A DNA stretch of 64,000 nucleotides, taken from Malacoraja senta. Its lineage: Eukaryota. The notes beneath the pieces are model-generated. The model made no database searches. It saw only the letters and a program-made list of their open reading frames with translations, and had not been told where the DNA came from. Made by a program: the position numbers and the translations under genes. Location of the stretch: contig CM075994.1 in the NCBI GenBank assembly GCA_038087875.1, forward strand, positions 9,052,001 to 9,116,000, written 5' to 3'. Of the stretch, positions 24,071-35,291 are shown piece after piece (the stretch's first letter is position 1; each line of letters opens with the position of its first letter).

Positions 24071-25716
24071 TCTCTTGGGACAAAGTAGAGATGGTTGAAA
24101 ACTTCAAATTCCAAGAGGTCAAACTCACCAATTACTTCTCCTGGACCACCCATATTGAAGCAACAATCAAGAAAGCACTACACCGCCTCTACTTCCTTAG
24201 AAGGCTTAGGAAATTTGACATGTCTCCTATAACTCCCACCAACTTCTACAGATGCACCACAGAAAGCATTTTACCATGATGCATCACAATTTGGTTTGGG
24301 AATAGCTGCATCCAAGACCGCAAGAATTTGCAGCGAATTGTGGAGGCAGCCCAGACCATCACACAAACCAACCTCCCTTCCATTTACTCCATTTATGCCT
24401 CACGCTGCTTCGGCCAGGTCAGCAGCATAATCAAGGGCCCGTCAAACCCTGGCCACTCCCCCTTCTCCCCACACCCATCGAGCAAAAGGTGTAGGTGTGA
24501 AAACGCACACCTCCAGATTCAGGGACAGTGTCTTCCCAGCTGTTATCAGGCACCTGAATCATGCTACCACAACTAGAGAGCAGTCCTGAACTACTATCTA
24601 CCTCAATGGTGACCCTTGGACTATCCTTTATCGTACTTTACTGGCTTTACCTTGCACTAAACGTTATTCCCATATCATGTATATGTACACTGTAAACGGC
24701 TCAATTGTAATCACCTATTTGTCTTTCTGCTGATTGGTTAGCACGCAACAAAAGCTCTTCACTGTACTTCGGATAGACACAAAATCTGGAGTGACTCGAT
24801 AGACAATAGAAATAGACAATAGGTGCGGGAGGCCATTCGGCCCTTCAAGCTAGCACCACCATTCGCTGTGATCATGGCTGATCATCCACAATCAGTACCC
24901 CGTTCCTGCCTTCTCCCCACAACCCCTGACTCCGCTATCTTTCGGGGCTCTGTCTAACTCAGCGGGACGGGCAGCATCTCTGGAGTTAAGGAATTGGTGA
25001 CGTTTCGGGTCGAGACCCTTCTTCAGACCTCTGTACTTCGGCACATGTGACACTACACTAAACTGAGTGCAGATCCAGATTATCCGTTCGGGCAATGAAC
25101 GAAATCCCGAATTCTGAATTTGAGTTTTCAATAAATATCTTACTTATATATCTGCCACTAAGTAAATTGTTTGCACGCAACAAGTTGAAAGGATTCGTCG
25201 TCTTTGAAGCAGCTAACGCAGCTAAAGCGGTCTAGCTTGTTCCGCCTGAAGGGATTTCACAATGCTGCAGCCAAGACGTTAACATCGTCCCCCCCCCCCC
25301 CAATATTGCTGGAGGAACTGAACCGGTCAGGCAGCATCTCTGGAGGTCAAAACAATGAACCGCAGGTGGTGGTTAATGAATGCACAAGAGGACATGAAGT
25401 GATGGAGTAACAGGTCAGGCAGCGCCTCTGGAGGTGGGAACAAGGAACTGCAATGCTGGTTTTCGCACAATAACATAAAGTGCTGGAGTAACTCAGCAGG
25501 TCAGGCAGCGGCAGCGCCTCTGGAGCTGGGAACAAGGATCTGCAGAGGCGTGTGGATGCATATCAGAAAGTGCTGGAGTAGATCAGCGGGTCAGGAAACA
25601 TCTCTGGAGAACATGGATAGGCGACGGTTTGGGTCTGGATCTCTCTTCAGACGGATTTCCCATGTCTTTCGCAGATGCTGCCTGACCTGTTTTTGTGCGT
25701 TTGCTTCCGCCTACAG

Positions 25717-25763
25717 GTAGCCGTTCAAAGATGCGGTGGAGTATGGTCGCTTGGTCCTTTCTG
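25717..25763 (+). CDS. Gene 2 leader exon, 3' end in N gap
   Basis: Acceptor cttccgcctacAG, ATG at 25731, MRWSMVAWSFL; paralog of 2714-2767. Confidence 0.75.
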
Positions 25764-26401
25764 NNNNNNNNNNNNNNNNNNNNNNNNNNNNNNNNNNNNN
25801 NNNNNNNNNNNNNNNNNNNNNNNNNNNNNNNNNNNNNNNNNNNNNNNNNNNNNNNNNNNNNNNNNNNNNNNNNNNNNNNNNNNNNNNNNNNNNNNNNNNN
25901 NNNNNNNNNNNNNNNNNNNNNNNNNNNNNNNNNNNNNNNNNNNNNNNNNNNNNNNNNNNNNNNNNNNNNNNNNNNNNNNNNNNNNNNNNNNNNNNNNNNN
26001 NNNNNNNNNNNNNNNNNNNNNNNNNNNNNNNNNNNNNNNNNNNNNNNNNNNNNNNNNNNNNNNNNNNNNNNNNNNNNNNNNNNNNNNNNNNNNNNNNNNN
26101 NNNNNNNNNNNNNNCACACATACGCACGCACACACGTGCACACACACGTACACACACACGTACACTCACANNNNNNNNNNNNNNNNNNNNNNNNNNNNNN
26201 NNNNNNNNNNNNNNNNNNNNNNNNNNNNNNNNNNNNNNNNNNNNNNNNNNNNNNNNNNNNNNNNNNNNNNNNNNNNNNNNNNNNNNNNNNNNNNNNNNNN
26301 NNNNNNNNNNNNNNNNNNNNNNNNNNNNNNNNNNNNNNNNNNNNNNNNNNNNNNNNNNNNNNNNGGATGGGCCGAAACTATAAGATGATTTCTGGTTTCA
26401 G

Positions 26402-26725
26402 GTGCTGTTGGATCCGATGAATCGATCATACAATCACCGTCGCAGATCACAGTTACTGAAGGCGGGACTGTGCGGATGAATTGTACATTTGTTAACAAGA
26501 CAATTGGGGCCATTAGTTGGTACAAAGACGTGGAATCTCGTACCGTTACCAACACGAGCGGCGACTATTATGGTCGCGTTCTGACAAGCAGTTCACTGGG
26601 AATTCTAAAACAATCCATCGAAATCACTGACCTCAAAATGAACGAGACAGGAAAGTATTACTGCCGAGTGACAGTTTTCACAAGGGAAATATATAATGGC
26701 CACGGCACAGAAGTCACAGTCACAC
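26402..26725 (+). CDS. Gene 2 Ig V-domain exon (V-C), intact; alternative ends at 26761 and 26797
   Basis: GAVGSDESIIQSPSQITVTEGGTVRMNCTFVNKTIGAISWYKD..ETGKYYCRVTVFTREIYNGHGTEVTVT; phase 1-1; three C/GTAAGT donors 36 nt apart. Confidence 0.92.
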
Positions 26726-27159
26726 GTAAGTTTGCGTACAGCACAGATGTCGCAGTCACACGTAAGTTTGCGTACAGCACAGATGTCACGGTCACACGTA
26801 AGTTTGCGTTATCTTAACTTTATCTTTACTGTTCTTAAAAAACATTCTTAATCCGACTCCACTTGCCTTTGTGTGTCGGGTGGAACTGCAGATAGACACA
26901 AAAAACTGGAGTAACTCAGCGGGACAGGCAGCATCTCTGTAGAGAAGGAATGGGTGACGTTTCGGGTCGCGACCCTTCTTGAGGCTGGTTAGGGATAAGG
27001 GAAACGAGAGATATAGGCGATGATGTAGAGATATAATAAATGAAAGATATGCAAAAAAAAGTAACAATGATAAAGGAAACAGCCCATTGTTAGCTGTTTG
27101 TTGGGTGAAACCGAGAAGCTGGTGCGACTTGGGTGGGGGAGGGGTAGAGAGAGAGGGAA

Positions 27160-27620
27160 TGCCGGGATTACTTGAAGTGAGAGAAATCAATATTCATACC
27201 ATTGTCTGTAAACTGCCCAAGCGAAATATGAGATGCTGTTCCTCCAATTTGCGTTTAGCCTCACTCTGACAATGGATGAGACCTTGGACAGAAAGGTCTG
27301 TGTGGGAATGGGAAGGAGAATTAAAGTGTTTAGCAACCGGGAGATCAGGTTGGTTCAGGCGGGCTGAGCGAAGGTGTTCAGCGAAACCATCGCCCAGTCT
27401 GCGTTTGGTCTCGCTGATGTTTTAGAGTCCACATCTGGCACAACTGATACAGTAGATGAGGTTGGAGGAGGTGCAAGTGAACTTCTGCCTCACCTGAAAG
27501 GACTGTCGGGGTACCTGGACAGAGTCGAGGGAGGAGGTGTAAAGACAGGTGTTGCATCTTCTGCGGTTGCAGGGGAAGGTACCTGGGGAGGGGGTGGTTT
27601 GGATGGGAAGGGATGAGTTG
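27160..27620 (-). mobile_element. Penelope-like element relic (GIY-YIG endonuclease region)
   Basis: FTCTSSNLIYCISC..CGL motif. Similar relics at 29640-29930, 52550-52840, 55330-55790, 18230-18420, 59290-59480. Confidence 0.75.
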
Positions 27621-28670
27621 ACCAGGGAGTTGCAGAGGGAAGCAGAAAGGGGCGGCAATGGGAAAATGTGAGGAACTCCAGATGCTGGTTTACACGGAAG
27701 ATAGCTGGAGCAACTCAGCGGGACAGGCAGCATCTCTGGGAATGGGTGCCGGTTCGGGTGGAGACCCCTTCATCATCTTGATGATCGTCTGCTTTGATCT
27801 GTCGTTTTCACCTCACATGCTCTTTGTACCCTTGCATATCTCTAGTCTCCCTCTCCCCTGACTCAGTCTGAAGAAGCTTTTTGTGTCTATCTCCACTTGC
27901 CTTTGAATGGACACAAAATGATGGAGTAACTTTGCGGGTCAGGCAGCATCTCTGGAGAGAAGGAACGGGAGACGAATCAGGGGATATGGGGAGAAGGCAG
28001 GAACGGGGTACTGATTTGGGTTGGTCAGCCATGATCACAGTGAATGGCGGTGCTGGTTCGAAGGGCTGAATGGCCTACTCCTGCACCTATTGTCTATTGT
28101 CTATTGTCTATTGTCTATGGTACAAAGAGCATGTTAGGTGTGAAAACGACAGATCAAAGCAGACGCTGTCCAGGACGATAATGTTGGCTGAGGGGAAGGT
28201 GACAAGGGGGCATGCTATCAGTAAAATTAATCAAGGGGGACAGTGAAACGTGGGAGAACTAGGGTGGGGAGCGACGGAGGGAGCGGGGATGTAAGAGATA
28301 CTTGGAATTAGAGAAGTCAATATTCATACCGCTGGGGTGTAACACTCCAGCGCCGTACAGGTGTGTAGTTTAATTGGCTTGGTATAAATGTAATTATCCC
28401 TGATGTGTGTTGATGTGTGTAGGATAGTGTCAGTGTGCGGGGTTCGCTGGTCGGTACGGATTCGGTCGGCCGAAGGGACTGTTTCCGCGCTGCATCTCTA
28501 AACTAAAGCTGAACTAAAAAAAAACCCCACTCTAATGCCTTCTCTCCACAACACCCGACACCCGTACTGATCACGAATCTATCAATCCACTCCTTAAAGA
28601 TATATAGATTTACTTGGCCTGCGCAGCCACCTGTTGCTGTGTATTTTACTGTACTTTTATTTCTCAACAG

Positions 28671-28808
28671 AGGCTGCTGCGGGCGGCGAGGGATCGTCTT
28701 TTCAAATAAATAATATCTTTCTGCTTGTATTTCCACTCTTGGGCGTTGTGATGCTCGGGATGGTACTGATTCTGATCATTTACCTGCGACGCCGCGGTCG
28801 ATCTCCAG
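28671..28808 (+). CDS. Gene 2 stalk/TM exon, uncharged TM
   Basis: Acceptor ttttatttctcaacAG; 138 nt, phase 1-1; AAAGGEGSSFQINNIFLLVFPLLGVVMLGMVLILIIYLRRRGRSP; donor G/GTAATA. Confidence 0.9.
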
Positions 28809-31800
28809 GTAATAACATCAAGTCAAGTCAAATCAAGTCAAGTTTATTTGTCGCATACAAGATGTGCAGTGAAATGAAAGTGGTGGATTGTGCAAAACAA
28901 CTGAACAACAGAACAGAATAGAACAGAACCAGTATTTACATTTTAGGGAAAGTTAAAAAAAAAAAGACATATCACAATAGTAAATTAATGAATTAGTCCC
29001 TGGTGAGGTCAGAGTTTACAGTCCTGATGGCCTGTGGGAAGAAACTCCGTCTCATCCTCTCTGTTTTCACAGCATGACAGCGGAGGCGTTTGCCTGACCG
29101 TAGCAGCTGGAACAGTCCGTTGCTGGGGTGGTAGGGGTCCCCCATAATGTTGCTGGCTCTGGATCTGCACCTCCTGGTGTATAGGACCTGCAGGGGTGCG
29201 AGTGTAGTTCCCAGAACGCACTACTCTCTGCAGAGCCTTCATGTCCTGGGCAGAGCTGTTCCCAAACCAGATTGAGATGTTACCGGACAAGGTGCTTTCT
29301 ACAGCCCCAGAGTAGAAGCACCAAAGGATCCTCAGAGAGACTCTGAATTTCCTCAGCTGCCTGGGGTGTTAAAGGCGCTGCTTGCCTTACTCACCAGTGC
29401 GGTATGGAAGCAATTTCCTCTTTCCTTGCTACGCGAACGCAAGCTCTGGAACCCAGAAGGAAATCCTCGGACGATTAGGTCTCCTGGGATCTAAAGGTCC
29501 TGTCCGTGTGTTAGTTTAGTTTATTTCAGAGATACAGCGCGGGAGTAGGCCCTTCGGCCCAGCGACTCCGCACCGACCATTGATCCCCGCACATCAACAC
29601 TATCCGACGCACACGAGGGACAATTTTATAGTTCTACACAACCCATTAACCTGCACATCCTCCAACCTCATCTACTGCATCTGCTGCTCCAAGTGTCAAA
29701 TTCTCCACATCGGCGAGACCAAGCGCCGGCTCGGCGTTCACTTCGCTGAACACCTCCCTCTGTCAGTGTTAACAAATCTGATCGCCCGGTTGCTCAGCAC
29801 TTCACATCCCCCTCCCATTCCCAATCTGACCTTTCTGTCCTGGGCCTCCTCCATTGCCAGAGTGAGGCTCAGCGCAAATCGGAGGAACAGCACCACATAT
29901 ATCGCTTGGGTAGTTTACACCCCCAGCGGTATGAACTCCCTCCTTCCCCTCCCGTTCCCAGTTCTCCCACGTCCGACTGTCTCCACCTACTTCCTTTCTT
30001 TTTCCCGCCCCCCTTCCCCCGACATCAGTCTGAAGAAGGGTCTCTACCCGGAACGTCGGCTATTCCTTCTCACCATAGATGCTGCCTCACCAGATGAGTT
30101 TCTCCAGCATTTTTTGTCTACCTTCGATTGTTCCAGCATCTGCAGTTCTTTCTTAGACAACTCACCTACACATCTGTAGCTCTTTGAAGCGCGGGAGGAA
30201 ACCGAAGATGTCGGGGAAAACCCACGCGGGTCTCGGGGAACACGACAAACTCCGTCCAGACAGTACCCGTACTCGGGATCGAACCCGTGTCTCAGGCGCT
30301 CCAGAGATGCTGCCTGACACTCTGTTATTCCAGCATTTTGTGCTTTCTTCAAAAAAACTGAACGTATTGCACAGATTTGGAATTTATTTCCACTAATCAG
30401 AAGCGAGAAAGATTCTTGTTTATGCAGATAAAATACTAGCAGATCTTCGCCTACTTATTGGTCCCTAAAAGTACTCGAGGAAGCTTGTAACAAGGGAATA
30501 CGAAGGGGAACAAGTTCCGAATGTGGAGGGAGAGAAGAAACATGACGCAGGGGATTATTAAATTTGCCAGCAACACAAGTTTATTATCTCAATGTGTGGG
30601 AAGGAACTGTAGAAAGTGATTAAGACACAAAAATGCAGGAGTAACTCAGCGGGACAGGCAGCATCTTCGGAGAGAAGGAACGGGTGACGTTTCGGGTCGA
30701 GACCCTTCATCAGACTGATGTCAGGGGAGAGGGAGATACAGAGATAAGAAAATGTAAGGAGTGAGAACGAGAAGGAGAAGCAGTACCCATTCCCTTGATC
30801 TCCAACCCCTTTTATGTATCGTTCTCACACCTTACACGTCCTTATCCCCTGTATCTCCCTCAAGTCAACTCAAGTCAAGTCAAGTCAAGAGAATGTATGT
30901 CATGTATCCCAGATAGAACAATGAAATTCTTGCTTGGGGCCAGGGTGTGAGTGGTCCTTGCTTATGCTGCTGGTCTTGCCGAGGCAGCGTGAGGTATAAA
31001 TGGAGTCAATAGGAAGGAGGTTGGTTCGTGTGATGGTCTGGGCTGCGTACCCAATTCAATGCAATTTCTTGCGGTCTTGGATGGAGCTGTTCCCAAACCA
31101 AGCTGTGATGCTTCCCGATAAATGCTTTCTATGTGCATCTGTAGAAGTTGGTGGCAGTTGTAGGGGACACGCCAAACTTCCTAAGCCTTCTAAGGAAGTA
31201 GAGGCGTTGGTGTGCCAACGAAATATTTAGAGACATGCGCCCAAACGTGAGATTCATCATCGTTGAAAACATTAGCGACGCAGTGGTGCTGGTTTCCAAC
31301 GGGAACGGTGACGGAAGCACCACAGATCTCTGTCCTCCAGTTCTTGCGGACTTCCGCCGCTGGAAGTATAGGATTTTGGTGTGTGTGTGTGTGTTGTGTG
31401 TGTGTGTGTGTGTGTGCTTTATCATCATTCCTTACAATGCCATGTACGACAGTGATCGCAACTTCTACTAAAGTGTGGTGGCCGTTGGCTCGCTAGAAGC
31501 TCATCCGCCCTTTGACTGGTCTTGTCTTTGGTTCTGCTGGGGGTCCACAGCCCCCCTACTCACTGGCAAAACAGGTGGGGGAGACGTTTAGTCGCCGACT
31601 ACCCGATCATGGAGGAGGTAGCACGGGATTACATGGTACCCGTGGCGGGAACTCCCGTCAGATGGGACAGGCGTAAATGGAGCATCTTGGTCGACATGGA
31701 AGTTGAGGGGGGGGGGGTGTTTCGGTGCTGATGACTCTATATTCAAAAAACTATTGTACAGAGAAAATATAATTTTGTAAGAGCAAGGTTATGTTAATGA

Positions 31801-31931
31801 GTAAAGTTATGTTAATGAACGAACTATTATTCTCATAGGCCACATCCTCTATTGAATGAAATCGAATTTTATTATTGGTAGTTATTTGTTTCGGTGCTTG
31901 AAATAAGTAACTTGTTCACAATATATTACAG

Positions 31932-31962
31932 ATAAAGGAACCGGAACAGAACTGGGGATAAG
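31932..31962 (+). CDS. Gene 2 cytoplasmic micro-exon (31 nt; 1 nt shorter than the gene 3 paralog, frameshifting the ITIM exon)
   Basis: tatattacAG/ATAAAGGAACCGGAACAGAACTGGGGATAAG/GTATGT. Confidence 0.6.
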
Positions 31963-34215
31963 GTATGTAGTCAATTATACTTTAAATGTTTCCTCTGACT
32001 TGATCAGTGGTTATTTGCCATTTTTGTTTCTTTGTGAATTAAATTGACATTAGACAATAGACAATAGGTGCAGGAGTAGGCCATTCGGCATTTCAAGCAG
32101 CACCGCCTTTCAATTTGTTCATGGCTGATCATCCCCAATCAGTGCCCCGTTCATGCCTCCTCTCCATATCCCCTGACGCCGCTATCTTTAAGAGCCTATC
32201 TATCTCTCTCTTGAAAGCATCCAGAGAATCGGCCTCCACCGCCCTCAGAGGCAGAGAATTCCACAGACTCACAACTCTCTGTGTGAATAAGTGTTTCCTC
32301 CCCTCCGTTCTAAATGGCTTATCCCTTATTCTTCAACTGTGACGCCTGGTTCTGGACTCCCCCAACATCGGACGTTTCCTGCCCTCTACCATGTACAAAC
32401 CCTTAACAATCCTTTATGTTCAATAAGATAACCTCTCATCCTTCTAAACTACAGAGTGTACAAGCCCAGCCGCTCCATTTCTCAGCATATGACAGTCCCG
32501 CCATCCCGGGAATTAACCTCGTGAAACCTACACCCGAACTCCCTCAATAGCCATCCAGACCGGTCCTTGTTCATCAGTGACTAAAAGTTAGCATGCACAT
32601 ACAGCAGGCAGTGAAGAAAGCGAATGGCATGTTTGCCTTCATAATAAGAGGAGTTGAGTATAGGAGCAAAGAGGTCCTTCTGCAGTTGTACTGGGCCCTA
32701 GTGAGATCACACCTGGAGTATTGTGTCCAGTTTTGGTCCCCTAATTTGAGGAAGGACATTCTTGCTATTGAGGGAGTGCAGCGTAGGTTTACAAGGTTAA
32801 TTCCCGGGATGGCGAGGCTGTCATATGCTGAGAGAATGGAGCTACTGGGCTTGTATACTCTGGAGTTTAGAAGGATGAGAGGGTATCTTATTGAACATAA
32901 AGGATTATTAAGGTTTGTACATGGTAGAGGCAGGAAACATGTTCCCGATGTTGGGGGAACACATCTCCATTAACCCCCCCCCCAAAAAAAACCTTCTCAC
33001 AGTACAGCTATGCCCCCTAGTGTTCGACATTTCAACCCAATTAATGTTGAATTATTGTTATTCACGGTGACAAAACTAGAATGAGAAGTTCCCTTCAGGC
33101 AATTGCTTTGGGATAAATATTACATATTCATTTAAAGAGATTTTCAAGCGAATTGCAAGAAAATGGATCATTTATCGCAAGTATTTGTTCAGCCACGGTA
33201 TAATCTGCTCAGCATTCTATGGTGTATCTATCATTGGAATTAACCGGTAACGGTGGATATATTAATCTCACAACTTAATGGCGAACCTAAAACAGTTAAT
33301 TTGCTTTCATCCCGCGGCATGCTTCGCAGCGGAGTTGTTATAAATGTTAGGTTGCTGAACCGCTTCATGAAAGAGGCTCATTGACCAGAAACTAACACAA
33401 TGCTCGATACCTCAAATCAATAGACAATAGACAATAGGTGCAGGAGTAGGCCATTCGAGCCAGCACCGCCATTCAATGTGATCATGGCTGATCATCCACA
33501 ATCAGTAACCCGTTCCTGCCTTCTCCCCATATCCCCTGAATCCGTTGTGAACTTTTGAAGAGGGATAAGTTACCGGACAAAATCCAATCGTATGTAGGTT
33601 TCAAATGGAGTCATGGAGTGATACAGTTTGGAAACACGTCCTTCGGCCCAACCTGCCCACTCCGGCCATCAATATCCCAGCTACACTAGTCCCAACTGCC
33701 TGCGCTTGGTCCATATCCCTCCAAACCTGTCCTATCCATGTTCCTGTCTAACTCTTTCTTAAATGTTGTGGCAGTCCCATCCTCAACTACCTCCTCTGGC
33801 AACTCGTTCCATACACCCACCGCGGTTTGTGTGGAAAAGGTTACTCCTTAGATTCCTATTCAATCTTTTCCCATTCACCTTGAACAACCGTCCTCTGGTC
33901 TTCGATTCCTCTACTCTGGGGAAGAGACTCTGTGCATCTACCCGATCTATTCCTCTCGTGATTTTGTACACCTCTATAAGATCACCCCTCATCTTCCTGC
34001 GCTCCAAGGAATAGAGACCCAGCCTACTCAACCTCTCCCTGCAGCTCACACCCTCTACTCCTGGCAAAATCCTCGTAAATCTTGCAACAAATAATCCAGA
34101 AACTAACACAATGCTTCAAATCACACAGGGTTTATGGAATTAGGAAGAGGTGCTGGACAATTTCCAAACTTGTTTAGGTTTCAAATGTTGTAACAAATAC
34201 CCTGTTACATTCCAG

Positions 34216-34515
34216 GAAAATGACACATCGGAAAATATAATCTATGCTGACCTGAATATCAAAAAGTCGAACAGAAATCACCGTTCGGGTCACGATGCCA
34301 GAGGGAATGGGGCTAGGGTCAAAGACCCCGGCGGGGCCGGACCTCTGTCAGCAGCAGGTGGAAGGGAAGACCCGGTCGTGTACTCCGCCTTGAAACCCCG
34401 CGCTCCGATTAACACTCCAGCGTCGAGCAAGCAGAAGAAGCATCACAGAAGACAGGAACAGCAGGTTGTGTACGCAACGGTAAATGCTCAGCGTCCACCA
34501 GTTCTCTATCACTGA
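34216..34515 (+). CDS. Gene 2 terminal exon encoding three ITIMs (IIYADL, VVYSAL, VVYATV)
   Basis: Acceptor gttacattccAG, phase 0, 100 codons to TGA; motifs fit (S/I/V/L)xYxx(I/V/L). Confidence 0.88.
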   Translation, partial: ENDTSENIIYADLNIKKSNRNHRSGHDARGNGARVKDPGGAGPLSAAGGREDPVVYSALKPRAPINTPASSKQKKHHRRQEQQVVYATVNAQRPPVLYH

Positions 34516-35285
34516 ACATTGGGAATGAGAGGACTGTACTAGGCGGCGACGCTCTCTTAGTTTAGTTCATTAACGCGGAAACAGGCCCCGCGGCCCCCCG
34601 AATCCGCTCCGACCAGCGCTTCTAGCACTAACACACATTAGGGACAATTTACCATTTTTGCCGAAGCCAAATTAAACCACAAACCCGAATGTCTATGGAG
34701 TGTGGGAGGAAACCGGAGCACCCGGGGAAAACCCACGCGGGTCACGCGGAGAACCTAAAAACTCCGTGCAGACAGCACCCGTAGTCAGGATCGAACCCAG
34801 TAGCTTGTTCCATGCACCCAGCCAATTAAATGTAATATTTCCAAGTTTGCGGATGACACAAAGCTGGGTGGCAGTGTGAGCTGCGAGGATGATGCTATGA
34901 GGCTGAAGGGGGACTTGGATAGTTTGGGTGAGTGGGCAGATGCATGGCAGGTGCAGTAAAATGTCGGTTATAAATGCAGCATAAAGGCAGTATAAAGGGC
35001 CGAATGGCCTACTCCTGCACCTATATTCTATATTTCTATGTTTATAATTAATTCCAACAGCTTTGGAGCAGTCACGAATAGTTATTTCTGGAAGACTTTT
35101 ATTTTGATAAGACACGAGCGCCATTGCATTCAATGAAATTTACTAACAAATAACCATTCATGTAAATATCGATGGAAATATTACCTATGCTATTTGTGTG
35201 AGGGATTTTGAAGTATTATGACATAAGTATGGTTGTTAAACATCAACAATTCAGTGTTACCTGTGGTTTAAACATTCGATACTTC

Positions 35286-35291
35286 AATAAA
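35286..35291 (+). terminator. Candidate polyadenylation signal of gene 2 (paralogous signal of gene 3 at 46718-46723, minus strand)
   Basis: AATAAA retained at the equivalent position in both 3' flanks; a third partial copy near 41120 reads AATAAC. Confidence 0.35.

Noticed and set aside
26715-26830. CACAGTC heptamer-like sequences at V-exon ends as recombination signal sequences
   Set aside because: No ACAAAAACC-like nonamer at 12 or 23 nt; the motif is simply Val-Thr-Val codons, and V and J are already joined.
31839-31877. Possible 39-nt exon (AG...GT) present in both inhibitory genes
   Set aside because: Has stops in the phase left by the TM exon and would leave only a 54-nt intron before the micro-exon.
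33110-33250. Open frame RIARKWIIYRKY.. shared with ORF 49203-49388
   Set aside because: Phases do not link neighbouring exons; similarity is explained by recent duplication.
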